From: Nitrososphaeraceae archaeon
GTDB lineage: Archaea > Thermoproteota > Nitrososphaeria > Nitrososphaerales > Nitrososphaeraceae
Assembly: GCA_044870765.1 (NCBI GenBank)
Contig: JBIOZG010000016.1
Location: 1-31,849 of the forward strand
Length of the DNA stretch: 31,849 nucleotides
Direction of reading: 5' to 3'
How positions within the stretch are numbered: position 1 is the stretch's first letter; the number at the start of each line of letters is the position of its first letter. The notes under the pieces are model-generated. The model was not told where the DNA came from. It did no database searches and saw nothing but the letters and a program-made list of their open reading frames with translations. Of this stretch, positions 1 to 10,206 are shown one piece after another. The position numbers were made by a program, and so were the translations under genes.

Positions 1-96
1 CTTTTTTTTATTCAATAATAGCCACCGCAAGTTCTTTCTTCTTGATCGGAAGCATAAGGGGGAAAGTCGTGCAGAAACCTATGGCCAGATCAGGAT

Positions 97-343
97 TCAA
101 TACGTTATTGATAGGAGGAACCGCGGCTGTGGTTTCGTATGTGGTTGGACACCTCTTAAGTACTGTTGTACACTAACTTGCATAATGTTTTCTGTTCCAC
201 ATACTTCACATCGGCCTTGCATTGGATAATACAATTCTTTAAACTATTTATGAGTTTGAGTTAGATGAAGATCAATTAATCCGACAGTCATTTGCATTGC
301 AAACACAGCTTGTATCTTTTCTGCAGATGGGACACGTGAACAT
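97..343 (-). pseudogene. Possible degraded zinc-finger gene (C2H2-like plus CxxC)
   Basis: Manual minus-strand translation from ATG at 343 gives MFTCPICRK. A frame change then gives IQAVFAMQMTVGLIDLHLTQTHK*FKELYYPMQGRCEVCGTENI. Reconstruction needs one frameshift and one read-through stop. Confidence 0.25.
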
Positions 344-385
344 GAAATTGACGGGGTTAATTCGAGTTCAATTTTCCATAGTGGA

Positions 386-994
386 CTAGCCACTCAATTG
401 GATTGAATCTAATGTTGGCTGGATCTGATTTAACATAGAATCAAATTTCTCCTTTGGGTTTAGAAATATTATTGCATATAACTCATTATGTTTCTGAGTT
501 AAAATCAACATACCCTTGAAAGGAACATCATAGCCTTCTGGTATCTTGCTCAAAAATTCATTTTTTGGTATTAGGACCGAGGAAGAATCCAAGAGTTTTG
601 AGGGAGAAGAAAGATTCAGGAAATATCTATAACCATAATTACTGTGACCAAATGTTAACCGATCCGCAGATTCTAACACTCCTTTATATTTTAGATACCC
701 CGTCATAAAAGGACCAGCAATGAATAATGGAAACACCAAGTCGTCTGGAGCCCTAATTATTGCAAAGATGCTTTTTGTAGAATTTTGAAACCATATCATC
801 GTAGTCGAATTATTAGTAGGACTCGGTTCCCAATTCAGAGGGGGAGTCACGTTAATCTCAGTCTTAATCTCACTAAAGGAAAAACTTGGGCCAGATAGTA
901 ACGATAATGTTGTTACTAAAATAATCAAGATTAGAATTCTATTCCATCTCACGCCTTTCTTATTATTTTTATTCCTTTTAATACTAACCGACAC
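386..994 (-). CDS. Hypothetical secreted or membrane-anchored protein
   Basis: 202-aa ORF with a basic N-terminus and a hydrophobic stretch (ILILIILVTTLSLL). The body is loosely PsbP-like (PPLNWE...FDSMLNQIQPTLDSIQL), which is not confirmed. Confidence 0.7.
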   Translation of the reverse strand: MSVSIKRNKNNKKGVRWNRILILIILVTTLSLLSGPSFSFSEIKTEINVTPPLNWEPSPTNNSTTMIWFQNSTKSIFAIIRAPDDLVFPLFIAGPFMTGYLKYKGVLESADRLTFGHSNYGYRYFLNLSSPSKLLDSSSVLIPKNEFLSKIPEGYDVPFKGMLILTQKHNELYAIIFLNPKEKFDSMLNQIQPTLDSIQLSG

Positions 995-1323
995 ATATCC
1001 AACTGATCGTGACTTGTCTCTTCCTAATTGACCTTGCCCAAGTCATCACAAATCTAGCTTATTTAGTATTTATACTGCGAAGCTTCGATTAAAGGATCTG
1101 GCGAAAATCGTATGCTAAGGATTCGATCCAAAATGTAGGAACCCGGATCCATTTGTCACAATTCTGTAGTTCAGAAATAATACAATACATAAATAATTTA
1201 GAGCGGAGTTACAGTAATGCCAATCGATCAAGACTTTCCAATGACTCACTAAGTAATAGGAAAACAAACGAAACAAGACCTAACTCATGAAAGACTTTTC
1301 TATTTTTGAGTGATATGTTTTAC

Positions 1324-1755
1324 ATGAGTATTGAAGAAAATATGAATTTGATGAAAACCCTAGATGACGCATGGAATTCACAGGACTGGGATACTTTTAC
1401 TGAACTTCATGCTGATGATGTAATTGTGCGTTGGCCTGGTCAGCCACCTACTATAGGAATAGATGAGCATAAAATTGAGGGAGAATATTTTTTCAAGGCA
1501 TTTCCTGATAATCATGTGGAGAACAACCCGTATAAGGTCTTCTTCGGTCAGGGCGATTGGACTTGTTCAATAGCCAATTTTACAGGCACTAACAAGGGTT
1601 TAATGAAGGGACCTGATGGCAAGATGATTCCAGCTACAAACAAGAAATTCAAGATAGATTTCTGCACGGTCGCTCGTTGGAAGAACGGCAGAATTGTTGA
1701 AGAAAATCTATTCTATGATCCAATAGGAATGATGAGACAACTCGGTTTGATGTAG
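1324..1755 (+). CDS. SnoaL-like (NTF2-fold) ester cyclase / polyketide cyclase family protein
   Basis: Motifs DDAWNSQDWD, FFKAFPD, FTGT.KG...GPDG..IPATNKKF, WKNGRIVEE..FYD..GMMRQLGL. ATG at 1324 preferred over TTG at 1306. Confidence 0.9.
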   Translation: MSIEENMNLMKTLDDAWNSQDWDTFTELHADDVIVRWPGQPPTIGIDEHKIEGEYFFKAFPDNHVENNPYKVFFGQGDWTCSIANFTGTNKGLMKGPDGKMIPATNKKFKIDFCTVARWKNGRIVEENLFYDPIGMMRQLGLM

Positions 1756-1899
1756 ATGGCCTCTCAATTAACACTAATTGAAGTAGCGAAGGTTTGGGGA
1801 AAGCCTTACAGGGACAGTCGGTATTCGCCAATATCACAAGAGAAAATATAATTTATTTTAACTATAATTCACATTGGTTTAGATATTGGAGAACATAAT

Positions 1900-2784
1900 A
1901 TGGTGATGGTGATCAAAACTCATAAACAGTTAAAACCAGAACGGATTTTAACAGTATTCACTCTAACGATTATTTCTCTAGGTCTATTTTTGACGCAAAT
2001 ATCATTTGATAATCTGTCAAAGTCTTTTGGACAAACACCAAATCCAGATGAAAATCAAACCTTATCGATTATACCCATACAATTTGGTATCCCCCCGGAG
2101 CTTTCAGCAAGCCAAAAAAATGCTTCAACAACAGGCACATGTTTACTCACACCTGCCTCAGTTAGATTGCATGGAACTCCACAACAGACCGAAGGCCCGT
2201 ATTTTGTCGATGGAATGCCTAATCGCTCTGACATCCGATCAGATACCTCCAAAGGTTCAGTAGAACAAGGCATACCATTGCGCCTAGTAATTCACGTCTA
2301 CGATGTAGATAATGGCTCGTGTATTCCTCTTAGAGGAGCAAAAGTGGATATTTGGCATGCCAATTATCAGGGTGTATATTCAGCCGTAAAAGATATGGGA
2401 ACTACAGAGGAGAACTTCTTACGTGGATATCAAGTGACAGATAATAGTGGGACCGTTCATTTCACCACGATTTATCCAGGATGGTATGAGGGAAGAGCAA
2501 TTCACATTCACGATAAGGTTCGTACTTTTAATGAGTCGGAGAAAACCTTGGAGTGGACAGCACAACTGTACTTCAACAATTCCATTAATGAACAAGTGCA
2601 TGAACAAAGTCCTTACAACAATCATGGTCCTCCCCAAACAACAAACGAAGAAGATATGATTTATAGCGGAACCTCAACGGATGGCCTGATTCAAAAAAAT
2701 AGCGGAGAACAGTTGATGGTCAACATTACTAAACAAGGAGCATCCTTTCTTGGAACATTCGATATTGTTCTAAACGCAGGATAG
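1900..2784 (+). CDS. Intradiol ring-cleavage dioxygenase family protein with N-terminal signal/TM segment
   Basis: EGPYF, RSDIR, G.PL.L, VDIWHAN..GVYS, LRGYQVTD..G.V.FTTIYPGWYEGRAIHIH. The Tyr/Tyr/His/His Fe(III) ligand motifs are present, plus an N-terminal hydrophobic helix. Confidence 0.9.
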   Translation: MVMVIKTHKQLKPERILTVFTLTIISLGLFLTQISFDNLSKSFGQTPNPDENQTLSIIPIQFGIPPELSASQKNASTTGTCLLTPASVRLHGTPQQTEGPYFVDGMPNRSDIRSDTSKGSVEQGIPLRLVIHVYDVDNGSCIPLRGAKVDIWHANYQGVYSAVKDMGTTEENFLRGYQVTDNSGTVHFTTIYPGWYEGRAIHIHDKVRTFNESEKTLEWTAQLYFNNSINEQVHEQSPYNNHGPPQTTNEEDMIYSGTSTDGLIQKNSGEQLMVNITKQGASFLGTFDIVLNAG

Positions 2785-3085
2785 AATGACCGGATGTCAT
2801 AGTTACTAAAGTCTTCCCGCATTATATTATTATATTCATAATTTACATCCGCATTTAGAACAATTTGGGGCAGTCCCAATATTCAAATGGTGACAATTTG
2901 CGCATTCTTTATTATAATAAGGACCAGGATTAGACACGTTCAATTATTAAATGGTATAAGTTTTATTTAAGATCTTACCTATTTCAGACAGTAAATTCTA
3001 AGTTCTCTTATGGAGATAAAGTCTAAACTTAGTATCAATTTGAAGCAAATATGCATTTGATTACTAAGGTATTGAAAGGGTTGAA

Positions 3086-4729
3086 CTACTTAGGGGCAGA
3101 TTTTCCTATATAATGCAATATTGTTGGTTGTGGACAATCCTTGATAAGTTCGAGTATTCTATTTTCCATATCTTGAACATTCTTGGTAACGTTTTCGTGC
3201 TGACGTATGTGGTCAGTCCATGTATCAGCTATTCTGATTTCGATGTAGTGACTAATATCTGATGGGTCTTGGAATAATTCCCAATAAGCCATTCCCTCAC
3301 TCTTTAGAATACGTCCTAATTCGTGGATACTCCTCTCGAACTCATAAGATAATTTAGGATCAATATTTTTATATTCGATTGTTACTAGCGCTCGATTATC
3401 ATCTTGTTTGGGATCAATAAAAGACTGAGGAGGAAGTGACCAATGATCACTTGCTGGTGTAAAATCAAGGTCGTCTAACAGTTTACTACTGTAAGGCTTC
3501 CTGGCAATAATAGTTGCAGCTAAGGCTAATGAGGCTACTAACAGAGTGACTGGGACGCCGAATGTGTTAGCCACAGCACCCCATATTACGCTTCCAACTA
3601 CCAAACCACCATTCAATATGAGTAGATATACTGCTAGTACTCTGGCTCCAATCCATTTTGGTGCAGATTTAATTCCAATGGTGTAAAATTTTGATAGGAT
3701 CGTGATGTAAGCTATTCCTCCTAGCCCCATTACCACACAAGCTAAATCAAATACTCTTACATATCCCATTGTGAATGTTACAATTGCAAGTAACACTATA
3801 GAGGCAGTAATAAGAGATTCTACTGAAGCCTTACGCAACCTTGGCAAAATTATAATTCCCCCAATTATTGCACCCGCGCCAAATGATCCTAATAAGAGTC
3901 CAAAACCTATGGAATCAAGTGCTAATTCGTGTTTAGCCAAGAGTGGTAACAATGATAATAAAGCGCTACTGCATAATGTAAACAAACCTACACGTACAAT
4001 TAATATATGTGCTGCTTGAGAATAGCGTATATATCGCAGTTGAATTCGAATAGCTCTAATTATATTCTCTGGTGGTAAAGAGCTTTGTTGTTGGTAGTTA
4101 TTGAGGTTAGGCTTTCTTGGTAATCTACTTAGAACTAACATCATACCAATAAATGAAGCTGAATTAAGAAAAAATACTGCCCAGGGCGCAAAGGCTGCTA
4201 CAATAAAACCACCAACCGTAGGACCGATGACGCGACCTAAGTTACTGGCAAGAGCACTAAGGGTAAGAGCATTTGGTAGATCTGATCTTGATACTAATCC
4301 ACTCATAGTAGGGATAATCGGTGTCCTGATCATGGTAGTACCAGCTCCTAGTGCAAAAGTAAGAATCAGCAATACTGTTGTGGTTGTCAGACCGACGAGA
4401 GTAAGGACTCCTAGTGCAGTAGATATTGTAAACATGTATGCACATGTGATAAGAAGTATGCTTCGCCGATCAAAAATATCAGATAGTATTCCAGATGGTA
4501 ATGCGAATAGTAAAATTGGTAGAGTAGTAGCAGTTGTGATGAGAGAAACAAATAAAGGATTTGGAGCAAGTGAAGTCATTAGCCAGGATGCCCCTACATC
4601 ATACATAGCCGCACCAACATATGAAAAGAGGGAGGCAATCCACAACATCCTATATAGACTAGACTTAAAAGGACTCAAACCAGACGCTGAAATGTCTTCT
4701 TTGTCTATTTGTGTATCTTTTCTAACCAT
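3086..4729 (-). CDS. MFS transporter (MFS_3 / transmembrane secretion effector type) with C-terminal soluble domain
   Basis: About 12 hydrophobic segments, motif A (SGILSDIFDRR), ASWLMTSL, and a C-terminal tail typical of MFS_3 (W..P...VTIEY..ID...WELFQDP...TW.DHIRQH). Confidence 0.9.
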   Translation of the reverse strand: MVRKDTQIDKEDISASGLSPFKSSLYRMLWIASLFSYVGAAMYDVGASWLMTSLAPNPLFVSLITTATTLPILLFALPSGILSDIFDRRSILLITCAYMFTISTALGVLTLVGLTTTTVLLILTFALGAGTTMIRTPIIPTMSGLVSRSDLPNALTLSALASNLGRVIGPTVGGFIVAAFAPWAVFFLNSASFIGMMLVLSRLPRKPNLNNYQQQSSLPPENIIRAIRIQLRYIRYSQAAHILIVRVGLFTLCSSALLSLLPLLAKHELALDSIGFGLLLGSFGAGAIIGGIIILPRLRKASVESLITASIVLLAIVTFTMGYVRVFDLACVVMGLGGIAYITILSKFYTIGIKSAPKWIGARVLAVYLLILNGGLVVGSVIWGAVANTFGVPVTLLVASLALAATIIARKPYSSKLLDDLDFTPASDHWSLPPQSFIDPKQDDNRALVTIEYKNIDPKLSYEFERSIHELGRILKSEGMAYWELFQDPSDISHYIEIRIADTWTDHIRQHENVTKNVQDMENRILELIKDCPQPTILHYIGKSAPK

Positions 4730-4974
4730 AGGAATAACTAAGCAAGCCTATTCATACATTTTTCTACATAGACACCTTCCCTCTTTGATCAGTCATCCAA
4801 GAGTTTTATACCATGTTAGAGAATAAACCATAAGACAAAAGAACTGGTGGGCTTGATTGCTTTTTCTTTATAATGCAATCAAATCAACCCTCCCACCTCT
4901 TCTCAGTTTAATCGTATTTTGCTACAATGATAGTCAAAAAACTTATCTGGTATGTTTACCATAATAATTTGGAA

Positions 4975-5112
4975 ATGTCAACTGCAGAAGTAAAACCAAA
5001 GAAACTCAGATGCGAGATATGTGCAAGGATTTTTGAGACTCCAGAGATGTTGAGCTATCACATGTCCATGGAACATAGTCAAGATAGGAGACCGCCTACT
5101 GGCATTTCGTAA
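4975..5112 (+). CDS. Small C2H2 zinc-finger protein
   Basis: CEICARIFETPEMLSYHMSMEH fits C-x2-C-x12-H-x4-H. Likely start is ATG 4975 (the ORF track starts at 4927). Confidence 0.8.
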   Translation: MSTAEVKPKKLRCEICARIFETPEMLSYHMSMEHSQDRRPPTGIS

Positions 5113-5192
5113 AATGCGATAATACTTTTCTAATCTTTGGTTCTAACTACTTTGTTGAATTGTCGGCTTTTATAACGGCGGGTTCAATGTGA

Positions 5193-5219
5193 TTTTTCAG
5201 ATTAGTCAAATTTAAAAAT
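5193..5219 (+). repeat. Copy 1 of a 27-bp dispersed direct repeat
   Basis: tttttcagattagtcaaatttaaaaat, 24/27 identical to 10207-10233 (first 16 bp exact). Confidence 0.6.
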
Positions 5220-5235
5220 CACAAACTCGCCACAA

Positions 5236-5514
5236 TTATTTTCTTTTTTCTAGTATGGATTCAATTTTTTCTTCTAAACTCAAGATCTTATTCTCTAGGG
5301 CCACAACTTGCTTTAGAAGTTTATCCTGAATTTCCGAAGTTTTTTTCTGTCGATTGTATACCCACCATGTAATTATTGTACCTATTATTATGCCCGCGAC
5401 TAATCCGACCCAAGTACTTCCTGCATTCGATATATCCGCACTCCTATCACAATCGCCACCGAATATTGCCTGTAGCTCATACATGCACCCCCAAAAGGAA
5501 AGGATTTCAAACAA
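5236..5514 (-). CDS. Small single-TM protein with C-terminal coiled coil
   Basis: WVGLVAGIIIGTIITWWVYNRQKK TM segment followed by a heptad-like tail. Start uncertain. Confidence 0.6.
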   Translation of the reverse strand: MFEILSFWGCMYELQAIFGGDCDRSADISNAGSTWVGLVAGIIIGTIITWWVYNRQKKTSEIQDKLLKQVVALENKILSLEEKIESILEKRK

Positions 5515-5791
5515 TCTACTAATACTGCTATAACAGTTACTGTTATGATTTACGCCTTGTTCTTAATAAAATTGATAGAACTCTTATTGCTACAAGTAAT
5601 CCTATTCCGATACATTGACCAAATATCGCTTGTCGGACCGGAAATGTAAACTAAGAAAAAAATATCATGAGCACGAAAATATCGTTAATGTTAGTTGCAG
5701 TGAACCCTGATACACCACTCGTTATTAAACCGGCGATATCTGTCATCGATTATATGCACAACGTAGAGTTCGCAGCTCGTATCCTCGCTAC

Positions 5792-6319
5792 CTAATATGG
5801 AAACTCGTATGGTTGAATTTCTGGAGGAGGTGCACCGTATGCAACAACTATGTCTTCGTGATTAAAGATTGGGATTTCCCTAAATGAGCTTTGGTTTATT
5901 GCGGTCCCATTCAAGTAAACAGTAAGGGTTCCGTTAGTTGAGTTTTCAACGTTAAACCCAAACAACTGAGTATTGTTGAATTTTTGCCCCCAAATGTCAA
6001 AGAATTGACCTAGATTGAAGGTATTATTTTGTGGAGATTCTACATGTATTATTCCCGAATTGTCGTGAGTGTGCAACCAATATATGCAATCAGGAGGCTT
6101 AATACCAATTCCTCCCGGAACCAAGTATGAGAAACCATTAATGAAGATGCTGAGGTGCGCGTGGTAATGAAAATTAAAATGTTCAGTCTTATCACATTTG
6201 ATACCATCGATGACTGGATATTGTCCAAATACTTCATTTTTACTATAGGGAGTAATAATTGCTATGGCACTTAAAAATGCTGTAAGTGCTAATAAAGCAG
6301 TTAATTGAAAATATTTCAT
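5792..6319 (-). CDS. Conserved secreted His-motif protein of unknown function
   Basis: Signal peptide from ATG 6319 (MKYFQLTALLAL...), then HYHAHL, GIGI, C.YWLHTHD.SGIIHVE and LGQFFDIWG. Start 6319 lies immediately after the stop of the upstream PLAT gene, so the longer track ORF start (6442) is rejected. Confidence 0.8.
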   Translation of the reverse strand: MKYFQLTALLALTAFLSAIAIITPYSKNEVFGQYPVIDGIKCDKTEHFNFHYHAHLSIFINGFSYLVPGGIGIKPPDCIYWLHTHDNSGIIHVESPQNNTFNLGQFFDIWGQKFNNTQLFGFNVENSTNGTLTVYLNGTAINQSSFREIPIFNHEDIVVAYGAPPPEIQPYEFPY

Positions 6320-6320
6320 T

Positions 6321-6767
6321 TTACCTTCCGCGGCTTCGTGTAGGATGTAAATAAAGGTATTTTCCACATTTGTATCCCAAATATGTGTAGATCGTAGTAT
6401 CATCTTCTGGTTCAAGTGCTTCATATTTAACACCTGCTGCATTTACAGAAATATATTGTAGACACCAGTGATCATATCTACCCACAGGTTCAAAGCGAAC
6501 ATAGACAGGGTAAAGACAAATATCTTCTGAATCAAGCGAAGGATAGGCTCTAGGATCATTCAATGTGGAATTGCTTACGTTTACTTCTCCTGCTACTGCA
6601 CTTATACCCGCCGAGTAAGTCCGTTCCGCACCACGTTCAAAATCTTCATATGATGTGCCTATGTGGAACTCTCTGCCACAAAAACCAACGTATACCTCTC
6701 CGTCTGTTCCTGCATCTTCAATATCTGCCGTCCGGATTCTAAATACTATTTTTTGAATCGTTATCAT
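6321..6767 (-). CDS. PLAT/LH2-like domain protein
   Basis: RIRTADIEDAGTDGEVYV...DFERGAERTY...DHWCLQYISV matches the PLAT pattern (T...AGTD..VY...FE.G..D.F...W.L..V.V). Confidence 0.7.
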   Translation of the reverse strand: MITIQKIVFRIRTADIEDAGTDGEVYVGFCGREFHIGTSYEDFERGAERTYSAGISAVAGEVNVSNSTLNDPRAYPSLDSEDICLYPVYVRFEPVGRYDHWCLQYISVNAAGVKYEALEPEDDTTIYTYLGYKCGKYLYLHPTRSRGR

Positions 6768-7119
6768 CCTAATTAAATATGAAAGTAAAAATATAAGTTT
6801 TATACAGATCAGGATGCTTCGACTAGTCGAGATCGATCAGGGAACTAACCTAACTTGATTTTTCAGGTGGGTCGACATGACATGATCGGCCTTTTAACAC
6901 CATATGTCCGGTGGCTTCTAGTCCTAGGATTCTACAATATTCCTCTCAACAGTAACTAGATTAAATATTTTGTCACTTTTCAATTAAACATATCGGATAT
7001 AACTTTGAACGTGATTTTTTTGTCCCAAGTTGGTAAGGTTTTCCCCAACCCGAGTTCGTCGGTACCCCGAGACGCGATCGGTTTCAGTCCAAATAGTTCT
7101 CTATCATGAGTATAGAATT

Positions 7120-7995
7120 TCAAGGTAAAAATTTGCTAACTATGTCATCTACAAAGGTTGTTGATACCCTTCTTACAGACAAGAATTTTGCTTCCGGTTG
7201 AACAATTCTATCCATGCGAAACTGAGTAACTTTATCTTTAAAATGAGTTTTGTAAGGGTTAGGTACTTCTTTTTCTTCTGGATATTTTTTTCCCTTTGGA
7301 CTTTTTATTTCATATTTTTTATGTAATTTTCCATCATCTGTGACATCATAATATATTTTCCAATGCTGATTTTCTAGGTCTGGCCCATCCTCTTTCTTTC
7401 TATCTTCACTTCCATAATCTACGAATGCCAAACAACGAACACTATCTCCTTGATTTATTGTAACCGCTTTATAGCCAACCCATTTGCTGATATTATCTTT
7501 AAGCTCAAATTTTGTGTCCACACTCATCTTGTAATAATCAGGGTGAGGATACTCCTTTTGGAAATTATTGCAATCCCCTCCTTTATATTGAAAATCAAAA
7601 TTATAACATTTAGCACTGTCAGGATCACAAGGGGGTTTTGGATGTTTTCCACCACGTAATTTAATCGTAAGTGAAGATCCCTTTCCGCATTTCTTAAATA
7701 TGACATCTCCTTCCTTATCTTCTTCTGATTCAATCTCTGTGAGATAGAAGTAGCCTGTGACTTCTTGATCGACGAATTCTTCACCACTCTTCGTCCATCT
7801 CGTAGACACGACTGAATTTTTAGCAGTTTTAGGCTTCCCATCCTTTGTACTAGTATAGCGCAGTCGTGCTATATGCTCTCTGTCCCCACTGTTCTCTCCC
7901 CACTTACCAATATCGAACTTAACAAATTTTGGATTTTGTGATTCATCAGAAAATATTTTTACTACTCCGAACTCATCTTTTTCGCTTGAGCTCAT
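7120..7995 (-). CDS. Hypothetical beta-rich protein, paralog A
   Basis: 291 aa with motifs D.FG, EVTGYF, IKLRGGKH, CY.F, FQKEYPH, KWVGYKAVT.N, WK..YDV.D.G, QFRMD and LS.R, all shared with 9191..9952. Confidence 0.8.
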   Translation of the reverse strand: MSSSEKDEFGVVKIFSDESQNPKFVKFDIGKWGENSGDREHIARLRYTSTKDGKPKTAKNSVVSTRWTKSGEEFVDQEVTGYFYLTEIESEEDKEGDVIFKKCGKGSSLTIKLRGGKHPKPPCDPDSAKCYNFDFQYKGGDCNNFQKEYPHPDYYKMSVDTKFELKDNISKWVGYKAVTINQGDSVRCLAFVDYGSEDRKKEDGPDLENQHWKIYYDVTDDGKLHKKYEIKSPKGKKYPEEKEVPNPYKTHFKDKVTQFRMDRIVQPEAKFLSVRRVSTTFVDDIVSKFLP

Positions 7996-8259
7996 AGCCT
8001 ATAGATATAACCTAAATAAATAAGCCTTTTCCTGTAATTTACCAGCGCCTTACTTCACTAATCGTGGAAAATCTATTTGTCATGAATCTTTAATGTTTTA
8101 ATGAACTGTTTTATTAAAAATGATTTCAATTGTTTACACAAAGAAAAATGCCTTATTATTCAAAAGGACATGATGATTCTATATTATAGTAAAGTATGAT
8201 ATTCGCAAATTCTAAGAATTCAATATATATTATCAAACAAAGATTTTCAGAAACATAGC

Positions 8260-8736
8260 TTATTTGTCAAGGTTAATGTCTATCATTTCCTCTGTTCCTT
8301 TTTGAGTATTGCTTGCAGTTTTACATACAGTTCTTTGATCTTCCAATATGCTTACACATACGTTAACGTCTGTATCAGCTGGTACCAACGAGGAACGAAA
8401 TACGTATATGCCGGCATGCACCGATACGTATGGAGATATAATTTGTCCTTCCTCTTCGGTAGCGTTCATATAATGACATAATTTATGGTTCGGAGATTCT
8501 GGGATAACACATACTTTTATTAATCCTGTATCTTCCTTTAATCCATTAATGAATACATTTGCCTTAAAATATCCTTTACCAATATCAAATTCTAGGGGCA
8601 TCCAGAATGGATTAGTCTGTAAAATTGCACCTTCAATATTGACGTAATTAAGCAAAGAAATGAAAATTAGAATTGAACCACTGACAATCTTAAAAATTGG
8701 TATAAAAGGTTTTGTCCTAGTTTTGTTCATGGGCAT
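8260..8736 (-). CDS. Hypothetical secreted/membrane-anchored protein with four Cys
   Basis: 158 aa, N-terminal hydrophobic segment, two Cys pairs (VCV...LC; VCV...VC). Confidence 0.65.
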   Translation of the reverse strand: MPMNKTRTKPFIPIFKIVSGSILIFISLLNYVNIEGAILQTNPFWMPLEFDIGKGYFKANVFINGLKEDTGLIKVCVIPESPNHKLCHYMNATEEEGQIISPYVSVHAGIYVFRSSLVPADTDVNVCVSILEDQRTVCKTASNTQKGTEEMIDINLDK

Positions 8737-9190
8737 ACTCTATTACTAGTCTAGTCTGGAAATAATGCCTAATTAATCATTCTAGTGTTATGTTATTCCT
8801 AGATACTAACAACCTAAAGGAGATGCTAGAGTCAAACAGGTGAAATTTTTATAATATTTCTAGAATGTCACTAGTGGTTTTAGTTACATTAACGTTCTTA
8901 CTTGATGAGTCAATTGCTTCCAAAACGTTATGTGCAATTTGATTCACAAAAGACTTCTATGCTAATATTCGCTACTATGTTTTTTGTATAGTAACATAGT
9001 GAAATGAGTTACTATAAAACGCAAAAATTTCTAGAAAAAAATTGAATAACATGAAACAGACCGTATAGGCACAAGTTACGAATTCCAATCCATCGAATTA
9101 GATTAAAATTAATCCTAGTACGGTGCGTCTAACAATCCTGTCAGAATGTTTCCCCAAAATACTTACATATTACAGTTTTATTCTCTTTAT

Positions 9191-9952
9191 ATGGCAACTA
9201 TCAGCGATCTGTTTGGCATTTGGGGTAAATATCTGACAAAGGATAACAATGAATTCTATATGCCGTCAAATTTGACTAAAGATAAAGAGGAAAAAGGAGA
9301 ATACTCCCAAGATATTAATAGAATTCGTCACATCGGTGGCAAAGAGACATCATCAAACGATATGCACTTTCATAAGGAAATTCTAAATGTCGAAGCAACC
9401 GGTTATTTCAAAGTCATTAAAAATATGGATGATATCTCCGTAAAGCTGAGAGGCGGTCACCATTCAGATAAAGGTGAAGAATCTGCCCGATGCTATGTTT
9501 TTAGGCTCGGCGCTGAAGGCAAAGGAAAGAACTTTGCTAAAGAGTATCCTCACAAAAATGGTAAAGGATACTCTTGGCATACTCTTGCCGTTAAACCTCT
9601 GGGGTCCCTCCAAAATAAGTGGGTAGGAATCAAAGCAATCACTTGGAATGAAGGAAACGACAAAGTACACTGTGAGTGCTATCTTGACTTTGACGGTGTT
9701 AATGAACAAGGAAAGTTTGATCCTCAAACACAGAATTGGAAATTATGGTATGATGTAGTAGACGAAGATGGTAAGTTTGGAGAAGATAATAAGGATCACC
9801 AAACTAGAGCAGCTTGGACAGATCTTCAGAAAAACAGCTCTATTCAATTCAGGGTAGACGCACAAAATGGGAAGACCATGAAATATTCTTATGGTGGAAA
9901 TGATATTACGTTCCAAATGCTATCTGCACGTGAAATTAATATCCAAATTTAG
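9191..9952 (+). CDS. Hypothetical beta-rich protein, paralog B
   Basis: DLFG, VEATGYF, VKLRGGHH, CYVF, FAKEYPH, KWVGIKAITWN, WKLWYDVVDEDG, QFRVD, LSAREI. Start ATG 9191 chosen by alignment with paralog A. Confidence 0.8.
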   Translation: MATISDLFGIWGKYLTKDNNEFYMPSNLTKDKEEKGEYSQDINRIRHIGGKETSSNDMHFHKEILNVEATGYFKVIKNMDDISVKLRGGHHSDKGEESARCYVFRLGAEGKGKNFAKEYPHKNGKGYSWHTLAVKPLGSLQNKWVGIKAITWNEGNDKVHCECYLDFDGVNEQGKFDPQTQNWKLWYDVVDEDGKFGEDNKDHQTRAAWTDLQKNSSIQFRVDAQNGKTMKYSYGGNDITFQMLSAREINIQI

Positions 9953-10206
9953 ATGTCACGAATGAAAAAAGATTCCCAGTTACATAGACCTGTAACTTTA
10001 AAGGAGTACACCCAAATCAGCGCGGGTAAGAAGTGTTGTCGAATAGGTTGTTATAATATGAAAAGATTTCAATCATGCTCGAGTTGACGTAACTGTTAAT
10101 GTTCCATGTATGGAAAATATTTTATACATTAAGTTTATAAAATAAAATCTTATTTCAAAAATAGTAACGAAGATACTTAGGTCTTCGGCCGTCGGGGCGG
10201 ATCTGG

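Noticed and set aside
4101-4826. 241-aa plus-strand ORF (and 3771..4019)
   Set aside because: Antisense shadow of the MFS gene with no recognisable motifs; typical of the reverse frame of hydrophobic genes.
5667-5795. 42-aa plus-strand ORF (MSTKISLMLVAVNPDTPL...)
   Set aside because: Short with no motif or other support; cannot be distinguished from chance.
6320-6442. N-terminal extension of the 5792..6442 ORF overlapping the PLAT gene
   Set aside because: A signal peptide begins at ATG 6319, so the extension is only an open overlapping frame.
7029-7090. GC-richer intergenic patch with a short hairpin (gttgg...ccaac), considered as tRNA or ncRNA
   Set aside because: No cloverleaf or T-loop consensus; the stem is too short to support a call.
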